Source of the DNA: an uncultured Christensenella sp. | GTDB taxonomy: Bacteria > Bacillota > Clostridia > Christensenellales > UBA1242 | DNA length: 32,999 nt | Reading direction: 5' to 3' | Assembly: GCA_964367785.1 (NCBI GenBank) | Contig: CAYIZE010000006.1 | Span: forward strand, 1-32,999 | Shown here: one piece after another, positions 1 through 8,700 of the stretch | Position numbering within the stretch: position 1 is the first letter of the stretch | Layout: the number at the start of each line of letters is the position of its first letter | Made by a program: the position numbers and the translations under genes | Notes under the pieces: generated by a model | Databases searched by the model: none | Told to the model about the DNA's origin: nothing | Seen by the model: only the letters and a program-made list of their open reading frames with translations

Positions 1-180
<180 letters not shown>

Positions 181-317
181 TAAAGAGAAGTGAGTCGACG
201 AAACTAAATTTTTAAGTAAATTTAGCAGGTACAAGTTTGGAAAGCAAACCAATCAAAAAAACTCTTGAAAATGACAAGTAAAAACATTATCAATCTTAAC
301 TATTAAATGGAATCCTA

Positions 318-351
318 AAAAGACTAACGAGTAATCGTTAGTCTTTTTTTT
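318..351 (+). terminator. Rho-independent terminator downstream of 16S
   Basis: Perfect 10-bp stem AGACTAACGA (321-330) / TCGTTAGTCT (335-344) with loop GTAA, followed by a T-run at 345-351. Confidence 0.75.
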
Positions 352-448
352 GCCTAAAATCTTTTATAATGTGCAAGAAATTGCTGAAAAAACATTATAA
401 ACTAAAAAAGAATAAAAAATTGTTTTTTCCAAATTTTCTTTAAAAGAA

Positions 449-477
449 TTGAGAAAAGTTTTAAAATGAGTTATAAT
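449..477 (+). promoter_or_regulatory. Sigma-A-type promoter of the HAD gene (predicts a leaderless mRNA)
   Basis: -35 TTGAGA (449-454), a 17-nt spacer and -10 TATAAT (472-477). The ATG at 485 lies only 7 nt past the -10, and there is no SD. Confidence 0.6.
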
Positions 478-484
478 AATATAT

Positions 485-1063
485 ATGAATTTATATGATT
501 TTGATAAGACAATTTATAAATTTGACAGCCCAACAAAGTTTTACTTTTTTTGCCTTAAAAAACACCCAAGAATTTGGTGGCACCTTTTTAAAAGTGCATT
601 TTGGGGGACTCTTAAATCTCTGCATATAATTACTCTTTCGAAGTTTAAGGAAGAGCATTTTTCTTTTATTCTATATTTGCCTGACCACAAAAAAGATTTA
701 GACTTGTTTTGGGAAAAAGAAATTAAAAATATTAATTCGTGGTATTATGATCAAAAGAGAGACGACGATGTCATTTGTTCCGCAACGCCTCGTTTTATTA
801 TGGAGACAATCGTGCCAAAAATAAACCCAAAAGCAACTCTCATTTGCTCCGAAATGGATGAAAAAACATTGAAATTTAAGAAAAACGAGACAAATTGCAA
901 AGGCGAAAACAAGGTTGTTAAGTTGAAAGCAAAAGGCTTCACCTCTTTTGAAGAGGGATATAGCGACTCTAACAGCGATGTTCCAATGCTTAAAATGTGC
1001 AAAAAAAGGTTTTTGGTGAAAAATGGAGAAATCTTTAAGTTTGATGAAAAATACTTTGATTAA
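485..1063 (+). CDS. HAD-superfamily hydrolase, subfamily IB (SerB/PSPase-like)
   Basis: HAD motif I YDFDKT at residues 4-9, motif II CSATP, a Lys in CKGENK and motif IV GYSDSNSDVPML. 192 aa. Confidence 0.8.
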   Translation: MNLYDFDKTIYKFDSPTKFYFFCLKKHPRIWWHLFKSAFWGTLKSLHIITLSKFKEEHFSFILYLPDHKKDLDLFWEKEIKNINSWYYDQKRDDDVICSATPRFIMETIVPKINPKATLICSEMDEKTLKFKKNETNCKGENKVVKLKAKGFTSFEEGYSDSNSDVPMLKMCKKRFLVKNGEIFKFDEKYFD

Positions 1064-1084
1064 ATCTTTTTGAGAGAAAAAGTG

Positions 1085-1113
1085 TTGACAAAATATCTTG
1101 TTATGAGTATAAT
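1085..1113 (+). promoter_or_regulatory. Promoter of the rplJL operon
   Basis: Consensus -35 TTGACA (1085-1090), a 17-nt spacer and consensus -10 TATAAT (1108-1113). Confidence 0.75.
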
Positions 1114-1119
1114 TATTTT

Positions 1120-1281
1120 GTTTTAAATGAAAACTTTTACTTAAGACAGCAAGCGAGAAATCGTAACTTTCATTATGAAAGGCTTGCCGAGGTAAGTTGA
1201 GATTATTTCCTTTTAATATTGGAATGACCTTACACTTACTCAAGTGTGAGGTTATTTTTTTAAAATTTAAAAGGAGAGAAA
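1120..1281 (+). promoter_or_regulatory. Ribosomal protein L10 leader (autoregulatory 5' UTR with a terminator/attenuator hairpin)
   Basis: Nested helices GCAAGC (1149-1154) / GCTTGC (1182-1187) enclose CTTTC (1167-1171) / GAAAG (1177-1181). An 11-bp hairpin follows at 1227-1252 (one G:U pair), then a T-run at 1255-1261 just before the SD AAGGAG (1271-1276). The position matches the Firmicute L10 leader. Confidence 0.6.
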
Positions 1282-1776
1282 ATGTCAAAAGAAACCTTAA
1301 ATGCAAAGAAAAAAATTGTTGAGGAAATTAAGAAAAATATCAGCGATAGCAAAAGTGTTGTGTTTGTGAACTATCAAGGCATCAATGTTGAACAAGACAC
1401 AAGACTCAGAAAGAGTTTTAGAGAAAAGAATGTGGACTATAAGATTTATAAAAACAGACTAATCAAAATTGCTCTTGACGAACTTGGTGTGAAAAACTAT
1501 GACGCTAAAAATCTTGAAGGCGTCACCTCTTGTGCTTTTGCAAAAGATGAAGTGAATGCTGCAAATGTGCTTTTTAGTTCCAAAAAAACAATGCCAATGC
1601 TTGAAGCAAAGTTTGGAATTGTTGGGAAAGAAGTCATCACAGCCGACAAAGTGGAAGCCTTGTCTAAGATTCCTTCAAAGGAAATTCTTATTTCTATGTT
1701 GCTTTCTATGTTGAATGCTCCTGTGACGGCTCTTGCAAGAGTGCTTGACGCAGTTGCAAATAAACAAAGTGCATAA
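1282..1776 (+). CDS. rplJ: 50S ribosomal protein L10
   Basis: 164 aa with a typical L10 N-terminus (KKKIVEEIKKNISDSKSVVFVNYQGINV). Strong SD. Followed by rplL. Confidence 0.95.
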   Translation: MSKETLNAKKKIVEEIKKNISDSKSVVFVNYQGINVEQDTRLRKSFREKNVDYKIYKNRLIKIALDELGVKNYDAKNLEGVTSCAFAKDEVNAANVLFSSKKTMPMLEAKFGIVGKEVITADKVEALSKIPSKEILISMLLSMLNAPVTALARVLDAVANKQSA

Positions 1777-1853
1777 TTTGAGCGAACTATTATTACTAAA
1801 ACTAAAAACTAACTAAAAACTAAAAAATAAAAAAAATTAAAGGAGAAATTAAA

Positions 1854-2213
1854 ATGACTATTGAAAACATGGTTGAAGAAATCAAAAAATTATCACTTGT
1901 GGAAGTGAGTGAACTTGTTAAAAAATTGGAAGAGGAATTTGGCGTGAGTGCCGCTGCTGCTATGGCTGCACCTGCCGCTGCTGCTCCTGTTCAAGAGGAA
2001 AAGACTGAATTTACAGTTGTCCTTAAAGAAGTTGGTCCAAACAAGATACCTGTAATCAAGATTGCACGTGAAGTGACAGGTCTTGGTCTTTCCGAAGCAA
2101 AAGCTTTGGTTGACAATGCTCCATCAACAATCAAAGAAAATGTTTCAACAGAAGACGCAAAAGCGATTGAAGCAAAATTCAAAGATGCTGGCGCAACAGT
2201 TGAACTTAAATAA
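1854..2213 (+). CDS. rplL: 50S ribosomal protein L7/L12
   Basis: 119 aa. Ala/Pro hinge [13 protein letters not shown] and conserved C-terminal domain [24 protein letters not shown]...AGATVELK. Confidence 0.97.
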   Translation: MTIENMVEEIKKLSLVEVSELVKKLEEEFGVSAAAAMAAPAAAAPVQEEKTEFTVVLKEVGPNKIPVIKIAREVTGLGLSEAKALVDNAPSTIKENVSTEDAKAIEAKFKDAGATVELK

Positions 2214-2270
2214 TTTTTAAAAAATTAAAAAAGTATTTAAAACATTTTTCAAAATTGAAAAATAAAAAAT

Positions 2271-2306
2271 AAAACTCCAAGCGTAATGTTTGGAGTTTTT
2301 TATTTT
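2271..2306 (+). terminator. Rho-independent terminator after rplL
   Basis: 10-bp stem AAAACTCCAA (2271-2280) / TTGGAGTTTT (2290-2299) followed by a T-rich tail. Confidence 0.75.
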
Positions 2307-2379
2307 TACTATTACTTTATAAATTATATAAAGATATAATTTTATAAAATTAAATTATAATTAATAAAGAAACAATCTT

Positions 2380-2697
2380 TTATGGCTTTAAAAAAGTTAT
2401 ACATTTTGCTTCTTTTGATGATGAATCGTTCACTGTTATGCCGTTTGCAAGGCAACGCCCCTCTTTGTTGAACAGACATATCGCTTTGCAAGTGAGGTTC
2501 ATATCATTAATTCGCCTGTAATCTGCAACTTTAAAAGGATTTTCAGTGAAGATTTGCTTGCTGAAATCTTTTAACTCTTTTCCCTCTCTGCGAACATATT
2601 GTCTACACACCAAATTGCTTGAAATGTTTATGCTTTTTGCCTGACAAGTTAAATTTTTGTTAAATTTACAACTAGTTTTTCGACATCTTAAATCCAT
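2380..2697 (-). CDS. Cys-rich protein with two DUF1540-like domains
   Basis: 105 aa. Two copies of a 4-Cys pattern (C-x4-C-x8-C-x13-C-xxY and C-x3-C-x8-C-x16-C-xxF). SD AGGAG upstream. Family assignment is from memory of the DUF1540 signature. Confidence 0.6.
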   Translation of the reverse strand: MDLRCRKTSCKFNKNLTCQAKSINISSNLVCRQYVRREGKELKDFSKQIFTENPFKVADYRRINDMNLTCKAICLFNKEGRCLANGITVNDSSSKEAKCITFLKP

Positions 2698-2764
2698 TTT
2701 TACTCCTGAGAAAATTATTTACATTATTTTTCTTCCTAAACAATTTTTGAAAAAAGTTTTGTGT

Positions 2765-2793
2765 TTGACCAAAAATATTTTTGATGATATAAT
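2765..2793 (+). promoter_or_regulatory. Promoter of rplI
   Basis: -35 TTGACC (2765-2770), a 17-nt spacer and an extended -10 TGaTATAAT (2785-2793). Confidence 0.65.
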
Positions 2794-2812
2794 ATTATAT
2801 AGGAGATAAATT

Positions 2813-3250
2813 ATGAAAGTTTTATTGCTTAGCGATGTGCGTGGAAGTGGCAAAAAAGATGAAATTGTTGAAGTAAACGATGGATACGCAAGAAATTTCT
2901 TAATTAAAAAGGGACTTGCAAAACTTGCAGATAAAGTTCTTTTGAATGAAAAGGCGAGTCAACAGGCAAGCAAAGATAGAAATGTGATGCTTCAAAAAGA
3001 AGATGCCGAGAAAAGAGCAAAATTACTTAAAGACAAAACATTCATTATCCACGCAAATGTGGGAGAGAGTGGCAAAATGTTTGGTGCTGTGACATCAAAA
3101 GAGATTGCAATGGCTGTCAACGCAGAGAGTATTGAACTAGAAAGACGCGATATAATCTTGAAATCACCCATCAAAAATATTGGAAATTATGTCATTGAAG
3201 CCAAACTATTCTCAGGAGTGGTTGCAAAATTCAATATTATTGTGGAATAA
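2813..3250 (+). CDS. rplI: 50S ribosomal protein L9
   Basis: 145 aa. N-terminus [36 protein letters not shown] is the canonical L9 N-domain. Confidence 0.95.
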   Translation: MKVLLLSDVRGSGKKDEIVEVNDGYARNFLIKKGLAKLADKVLLNEKASQQASKDRNVMLQKEDAEKRAKLLKDKTFIIHANVGESGKMFGAVTSKEIAMAVNAESIELERRDIILKSPIKNIGNYVIEAKLFSGVVAKFNIIVE

Positions 3251-3282
3251 AATATGTTTGTTATAAAGAATTATAAGTAGAT

Positions 3283-3321
3283 AAAAAAAGACCTCATTTT
3301 TGAAGTCTTTTTTTATTTTTT
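3283..3321. terminator. Bidirectional terminator between rplI and the convergent peptidase gene
   Basis: A-run, stem AAGACCTCA (3288-3296) / TGAAGTCTT (3301-3309) with one mismatch and loop TTTT, then a T-run. Confidence 0.6.
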
Positions 3322-3431
3322 CTCACACAAAATCTAATTTATTTTTTATATTTATAATTTTAATAATTTAGAGAAAGAAAAAAAATAATTGTAGAAACAT
3401 TTTTTTAAGATTTTATTTCATAATTTTTTGG

Positions 3432-4151
3432 CTAATTTCTGTTTCTTCCACCCAGCACAACAAGCAAAAATCGCAAAAGGTTCAGCACTGAAATGAGGAG
3501 TGCAGCAACATAAGTGAGTGCGGCGGCGTTCAAGACTTCCTTTGTCCCGGAAAGTTCTTCTTCGTTTAAAGTGCCAGTTGTTTTAAGGATTTTAATCGCC
3601 CTTCTTGAAGCGTCAAACTCCACAGGGAGCGTGGCAAGATTGAAGAGGACAGCGATGCCAAATAGCCCCACACCGCTCCAAAGGAAGATGTCGCCAAGTA
3701 TTCCTCCAGCATTAGTTCCAAAGTTGAAAATAAGCCCAATTATGACAAGAGGCCACAAAAGTCTTGAGACAATGTTTGTCACAGGAACGAGAATTTTTCT
3801 AATCTCATAAGGGATATATTTTCCCTTTTTTTGAAGTGCGTGTCCAAATTCGTGACAGGCAATCCCGAGTGCCGAAATTGAAGATGAATTATACACATCG
3901 TTAGACAGCGAAATTTCTTCTGTTTTTGGGTTGTAGTTGTCGGAAAGTGTGCCAGAAGTGCTTCTCACAGTGATTTTCTTAAGCCCCGAGACATCAAGCA
4001 GTCTTCTTATAAGTTCGCTTGCTTTCACACCACTTTGCGACATCACTTGGCTATATTCGTTATATGTTTTAGATACTTTTGACTGTGCGTAAAGGGCGAA
4101 AATAATTCCCGGCAAAAGGATTATGCCCATTAAATAATATTCAAAATACAT
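3432..4151 (-). CDS. Putative neutral zinc metallopeptidase (YugP-like membrane protein)
   Basis: HExxH motif in ACHEFGHALQ flanked by TM segments, with a typical family N-terminus MYFEYYLMGIILLPG. Start trimmed from the track ORF (4376) to ATG 4149-4151, which has SD AGAGG and does not overlap the upstream gene. Confidence 0.8.
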   Translation of the reverse strand: MYFEYYLMGIILLPGIIFALYAQSKVSKTYNEYSQVMSQSGVKASELIRRLLDVSGLKKITVRSTSGTLSDNYNPKTEEISLSNDVYNSSSISALGIACHEFGHALQKKGKYIPYEIRKILVPVTNIVSRLLWPLVIIGLIFNFGTNAGGILGDIFLWSGVGLFGIAVLFNLATLPVEFDASRRAIKILKTTGTLNEEELSGTKEVLNAAALTYVAALLISVLNLLRFLLVVLGGRNRN

Positions 4152-4212
4152 TTTTCTACCTCTTAAAGAAGCATTATAATTCATTTTTTGCTCATAGGCA
4201 AATAAATTAAAA

Positions 4213-5205
4213 CTAACAAGGCATAATATTTGAAATTTTGTTATCCTCATCTTGAGATATTGTGAAGATTTTTGCAACTTTTTGAGAGAAATCATCGTCA
4301 TAAATAAGTGCAATCTCATCTGGTTTTTGAGAGAGCGTTTGATGAGAAAAAAGGAAATCTCCAAAGAATTTTTCAATGTGTTTGTCAGAGAGTTTTGTCC
4401 CCAATTCCTCGGTTAAATATGTTCTTGCAAGGTCAAAGTTTTTGTTTTTCACAGCGTCAAAAAATGCATAGGGAACAATTTCTTTCTTACGAATACTAAC
4501 GCTTTCATTTTCGCCATAGACAAGGTTAGTCTCAACGCCCAAATTCGGCGAAAAGGAATATTCCTTTGTGAAGGCGTGCCCGAGCATATCGTTTGCCTTT
4601 TTAAAGGTTATTATCTTGTCTTTTTGCACTTCAAGAATGTCCACCTCCTCCAAAGTCGTGAGAGAGTATTTATGGTCTTTGTGCTTAATAATGCAGACAA
4701 TATGAGTGTCTTGAAAGGTTTTGCCATAACAAAAGAGGCTATTTTTTGAGGTCTTGAAGTTAAGTTCCTGAATGGTCGATGGATAGTCTGCATCAAGAAA
4801 TTCGTGAGAAGAATTTTCAATTCTCAGTGAAAAAGGACTGTTTTTTGAGTAAAAAAAGTTGTGGCTTATGTTATCAAAATTAAAAATTTTGTTTTGAATG
4901 CTAAATGGCTTGGGGTTTGAAATAAAAGATTCTCTTGCAATTAAAAGAATGTTGTCATTTGGGAAATTTATGAGGTCAACATTTTGCATTTTTGCGTTTA
5001 AACTCTTTGATTTTAGGTTCACAACAACGGTGAAATTTAGAGAAGTGTTATACTCGCTGTTTGTGGGATAAAATGATATTGGCAAAATGTTTTGAGAGGT
5101 GTTAAGAAGAAAAGAGTGTATTTTTCCTCCTTGCAATTCTGTTGAAAGATTTTGACTTTTAACAACACAATTAAAAGTGGGTTTGATGTGAAAAAAATAT
5201 TCCAT
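4213..5205 (-). CDS. Hypothetical protein (330 aa, soluble, no motif I recognise)
   Basis: Long ORF with SD AAAGGA upstream. It ends 61 nt before the peptidase start, so it is probably co-transcribed. Confidence 0.6.
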   Translation of the reverse strand: MEYFFHIKPTFNCVVKSQNLSTELQGGKIHSFLLNTSQNILPISFYPTNSEYNTSLNFTVVVNLKSKSLNAKMQNVDLINFPNDNILLIARESFISNPKPFSIQNKIFNFDNISHNFFYSKNSPFSLRIENSSHEFLDADYPSTIQELNFKTSKNSLFCYGKTFQDTHIVCIIKHKDHKYSLTTLEEVDILEVQKDKIITFKKANDMLGHAFTKEYSFSPNLGVETNLVYGENESVSIRKKEIVPYAFFDAVKNKNFDLARTYLTEELGTKLSDKHIEKFFGDFLFSHQTLSQKPDEIALIYDDDFSQKVAKIFTISQDEDNKISNIMPC

Positions 5206-5307
5206 AATATTATTCCTTTTTACATTTTATTATTTATTTTGCAAAAATATGATTTTTGTGGGTTAATGTTGAAATTTTTGGCAACAATTTATAAAAAGGA
5301 ACTGAAT

Positions 5308-5649
5308 ATGGAAAATGAAAAAGATGTGAAAGAAAACATCATAAATTTTGCAAAAGTTAAGGGAAAATATAATAAAAAAATCAGTGAGGAAGAGATTAAC
5401 ACTCTTTTTATGGGTCTTATTAAGATTGTCAAAAAGTCTGCAGAGGACGACTATGATAGAGAACTTAAAGAGGAATGCGACTCGGCGACAGAAAATTTCA
5501 GGCAGTGCCTGATGGAACTGAACACAGTGCAAATGGAACTGAAAAAAGAAAGAGACACAAAGCAAGTCTTGCTGGAAAGACTTGAAATGCAACAACAGCA
5601 GATTTGTCTGCTGTTAAAAAAATTAACAATAAAAGGCACTTGGAATTAA
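5308..5649 (+). CDS. Hypothetical small coiled-coil protein (113 aa)
   Basis: ATG at 5308 preceded by AAGGA. The track ORF start at 5152 would overlap the divergent gene. The C-terminal half is heptad-like and charged (ELNTVQMELKKERDTKQVLLERLEMQQQQ). Confidence 0.5.
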   Translation: MENEKDVKENIINFAKVKGKYNKKISEEEINTLFMGLIKIVKKSAEDDYDRELKEECDSATENFRQCLMELNTVQMELKKERDTKQVLLERLEMQQQQICLLLKKLTIKGTWN

Positions 5650-5796
5650 AATATTTTTTCTCAATGTGAATGTGATTTGAGAACATAAAACTTTTTTAAA
5701 ACGAATAAAAAGAATTTAAAAACAAATGAAACAAAAAACTCAAACTTGCTTATATATTTTGATTTTTTGATTTTTTTTGCTATTATAAATGTTATA

Positions 5797-8700
5797 ATGA
5801 TATCAATATTTTTTGGAAAAACGAGCGACGATTGCGCTCAGGATATGTTTTCTCACTTAAAGCAAAATGGCGAAAAAACTTGCCACTATGTTTTTGTTGT
5901 GCCCGACAGAATGACGGTGATTGCAGAAAAGCAAGTTTTTGAGAGACTGAACATAGAAAGCACTTGCAACATTGAAGTGCTAACATTATCTCGCCTTTTT
6001 TCAAAACTTGTGCATAACAAAACAATCATTTCAAAAACTGCAAGTTGTATGATTTTGCAAAAGATTTTGAAAGATGAAAAAGATAATCTTAAATGCTTTA
6101 ACAAAAATATTGACTCCGATTTGGCGGAAGTTATCTTTGGAACAATCTCGCAGTTTAAGAGTTGCAAAGTGAACTTTGACGAAGTTGCGGTGAAGAATGG
6201 CGACAAACTCTTGGAAGACAAGTTGAGTGACATTTATTTAATCTATGCAAAATATGAGAGATTTTTAAGAGATAATCAACTATTTGACGCTCTGGATAAA
6301 CTCAATTTCCTGAGCGATGCAGTTAAAAATAGCGAATTTATAAGAAATTCCTCCTTTTATTTCTGCGGATTTGATGGGTTGACAATGCAGGGATATGAGA
6401 TTGTTTCAAGCATTTGTGAATTTGCAAAAGATTTTAATTTTGCTTTAACTCAGGCAGGAAATTCACCTAATGGACATATTTATAATGAAAACTTCACGGC
6501 TAATATTTTAAATATTTTAAAAAATAAAAAAAACAATGTATTTTATCACACTGAAAGTAGACAAGGGCAAAGCAAGTTTTTACAAGAAAATCTTTTTTGT
6601 TATTCTCCATCTTGTGAAAAAATCAGTAAAAGCGATGTGGAAATTTCCCAAGCAAAAGACTTCAGAGAAGAAGTGTTGTATTGCTCGCTAAAAATCAAAA
6701 AAATGATTATGTCAGAGGGACTTTCGTTTAATGATTTCATTGTTGCTGTGCCAAATCTTGCTCAAAAAAAGCAAGTTATTGATGACGTATTTTCAAAGTT
6801 TGATTTTAATTTCTATCTTGACACAACAGAGGATTTTAGAAACTCAGTTGTCTTTAGATTTATAAAAAATTCCATAGACCTTTTTAAAGAAAATTTTTCC
6901 ATTAAAAGTGTGCTAACATTTTTAAAAAATCCTCTTTTAATGCTACCCAGTGAAAAGATTGATGACTTTGAGGACTATGCAATTAAGTTCAATTTAGAGG
7001 ATCTTTATGAGATAAAATCATCTCGTGCAGAAAACTCTCTGTTTTTTGAAAACTTTGACCTTATAAGAAAGCTTTTGTTTGAAATGACAGAAAAAATTGC
7101 AGAGGATCTTATAAACGCAAAGAATTTTTCAGACTATATTTTAATATTTAAAAAACTTTGTGAAAATGCTAGGATAGAAGAAAAAATAAAGGAATTTTGC
7201 AAACGTTTTGCAGATGAAAACAACCTAAAACAAGCAAGAATTTTTGAGCAATATTATGATGTTTTTCTCTTCACTCTGGACGAACTTGAAAATATTTTGG
7301 GAAGCGTCAGTTGTGACTTCAAAACATTTTCTTCCACTCTTTTGAGTGGGCTTAGTATTGCAAAAATCTCCACAACACCTCTTTCCATTGATGCGATTAT
7401 GGTGGGAGACACCAGCACAAGTTTTTTTGAAAAAAGAAAAGTTTTGTTTGTTTTGGGAGCAAATGAAGAAAGTTTTCCAAAGTCTTTTGTAGACTATGGC
7501 ATCATAAGTGATGATGACATTAAAAACCTAAGTGAAAAATATAAACTTGAACCCAGCATTTTTGAACTTAACAAGAAGGAACAATTTAAGGCTTATGAAC
7601 TCCTTTTGAAACCTACTGAAAAACTATTTTTAAGTTATAACTTTTTGGAAGGAGAAAAAAGCAAGGTTCTCATCGACATTTCTAAAATGTTTTTATTAGA
7701 AGAAAAAGGGAAGTTTGCTCCGCTTTCATTTAAAAGGTTTAATGATTGCGATTTTTTGACCAAAAACTGTGATGTTTCAGTGGCAAAGAGTAACTTGACG
7801 AGCGACATCAGAGCAATTTGTGACGGTGTTCTTGATAAGGACAAAGAGATTAATAGTCTTTATGCTAGTTTAAAAGGGTTTTTGGAAGATGATTTCACTC
7901 AAAATTTCAATTTTGAAAATAGGATAAAGATAAAACAAAATTTATTTTTCACAAAGAATACAACCAGCGTTTCGCAAGTGGAGAGTTATATGACTTGTCC
8001 TTTTTTACATTTTGCTACAAGGGGACTTAAACTCGCCACAAAAGACGAGGGCAAGTTGGAGAGGAATTACATCGGGCTTATTATGCACGAGATTGCAAGG
8101 GAAGTGCTAGGGGAGATTGCCCTGCCACAAGAAGAAAAATTGGTAAGGACTGAGACAGAAAAAGCCTACAAAAAAGTGGTGTCAAAAGATGATTACAAGA
8201 GTTTTTTAAGTTCTGTTTCAAACAGGACGCTTTTTATAAATTTGAAAAACGAGGCAAAGAAATTCATTTTAGCCTTAAACGAACAGGCAAAACATAGCAA
8301 GTTCGTTCCAAAATTTTTGGAGGAGCGTTTTAGTGATAATGGTAGAATCAAGGGACTTAAAATTCCTTGCAAAGGAAAAACATTAAGACTTGTTGGACAA
8401 GTGGACAGAATTGACGTTTCTGGCGACTATTTCAGGATTGTTGACTATAAAACTGGTGACGTCGACACATCTCTGAGGGAACTGTTTTTTGGCAAAAAAA
8501 TTCAACTGGAGGCCTATCTTAAAGTGTGCGAAAATTCGTTGAAATTAAAGCCTGCGGGGGCATATTATTTGCCTGTGAAAGGTGGTTTTTCAGACGAAAA
8601 AACAACTCTTCAAAAAAAATATCAGTTGAAAGGAAATACACTTGAAAGTTTTGAAGTGGCGTGTCTTTCAGACGATAGGTTTGAAAAAGAGGCACTAGAT

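Noticed and set aside
366-400. The shared 9-mer ATGTGCAAG at 368-376 and 18247-18255, and an 8-bp inverted repeat TATAATGT/ACATTATA (366-373 / 393-400), as a possible common regulator motif.
   Set aside because: A single 9-mer coincidence among ~2.5 kb of intergenic DNA is expected by chance. The flanking half-sites differ in spacing, so there is no support for a shared operator.
698-1306. 202-aa minus-strand ORF spanning the HAD gene, the rplJ promoter and the L10 leader.
   Set aside because: The plus strand encodes a protein with all four HAD motifs, and the ORF would run through a consensus promoter and a structured leader. It has no SD and no recognisable motifs.
3432-4376. 5' extensions of track ORFs: peptidase to 4376, 5152 for the coiled-coil protein, 18482 for rpsJ and 25750 for rplF.
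   Set aside because: In each case an internal ATG has a proper SD and matches the conserved family N-terminus. The longer versions overlap neighbouring genes or lack an RBS.
5658-5683. Hairpin TTCTCAA/TTGAGAA after the 113-aa gene as a terminator separating it from addB.
   Set aside because: The stem is only 7 bp and AU-rich with a 12-nt loop, and the T-run starts 8 nt after the stem. This is too weak to call, and co-transcription with addB remains possible.
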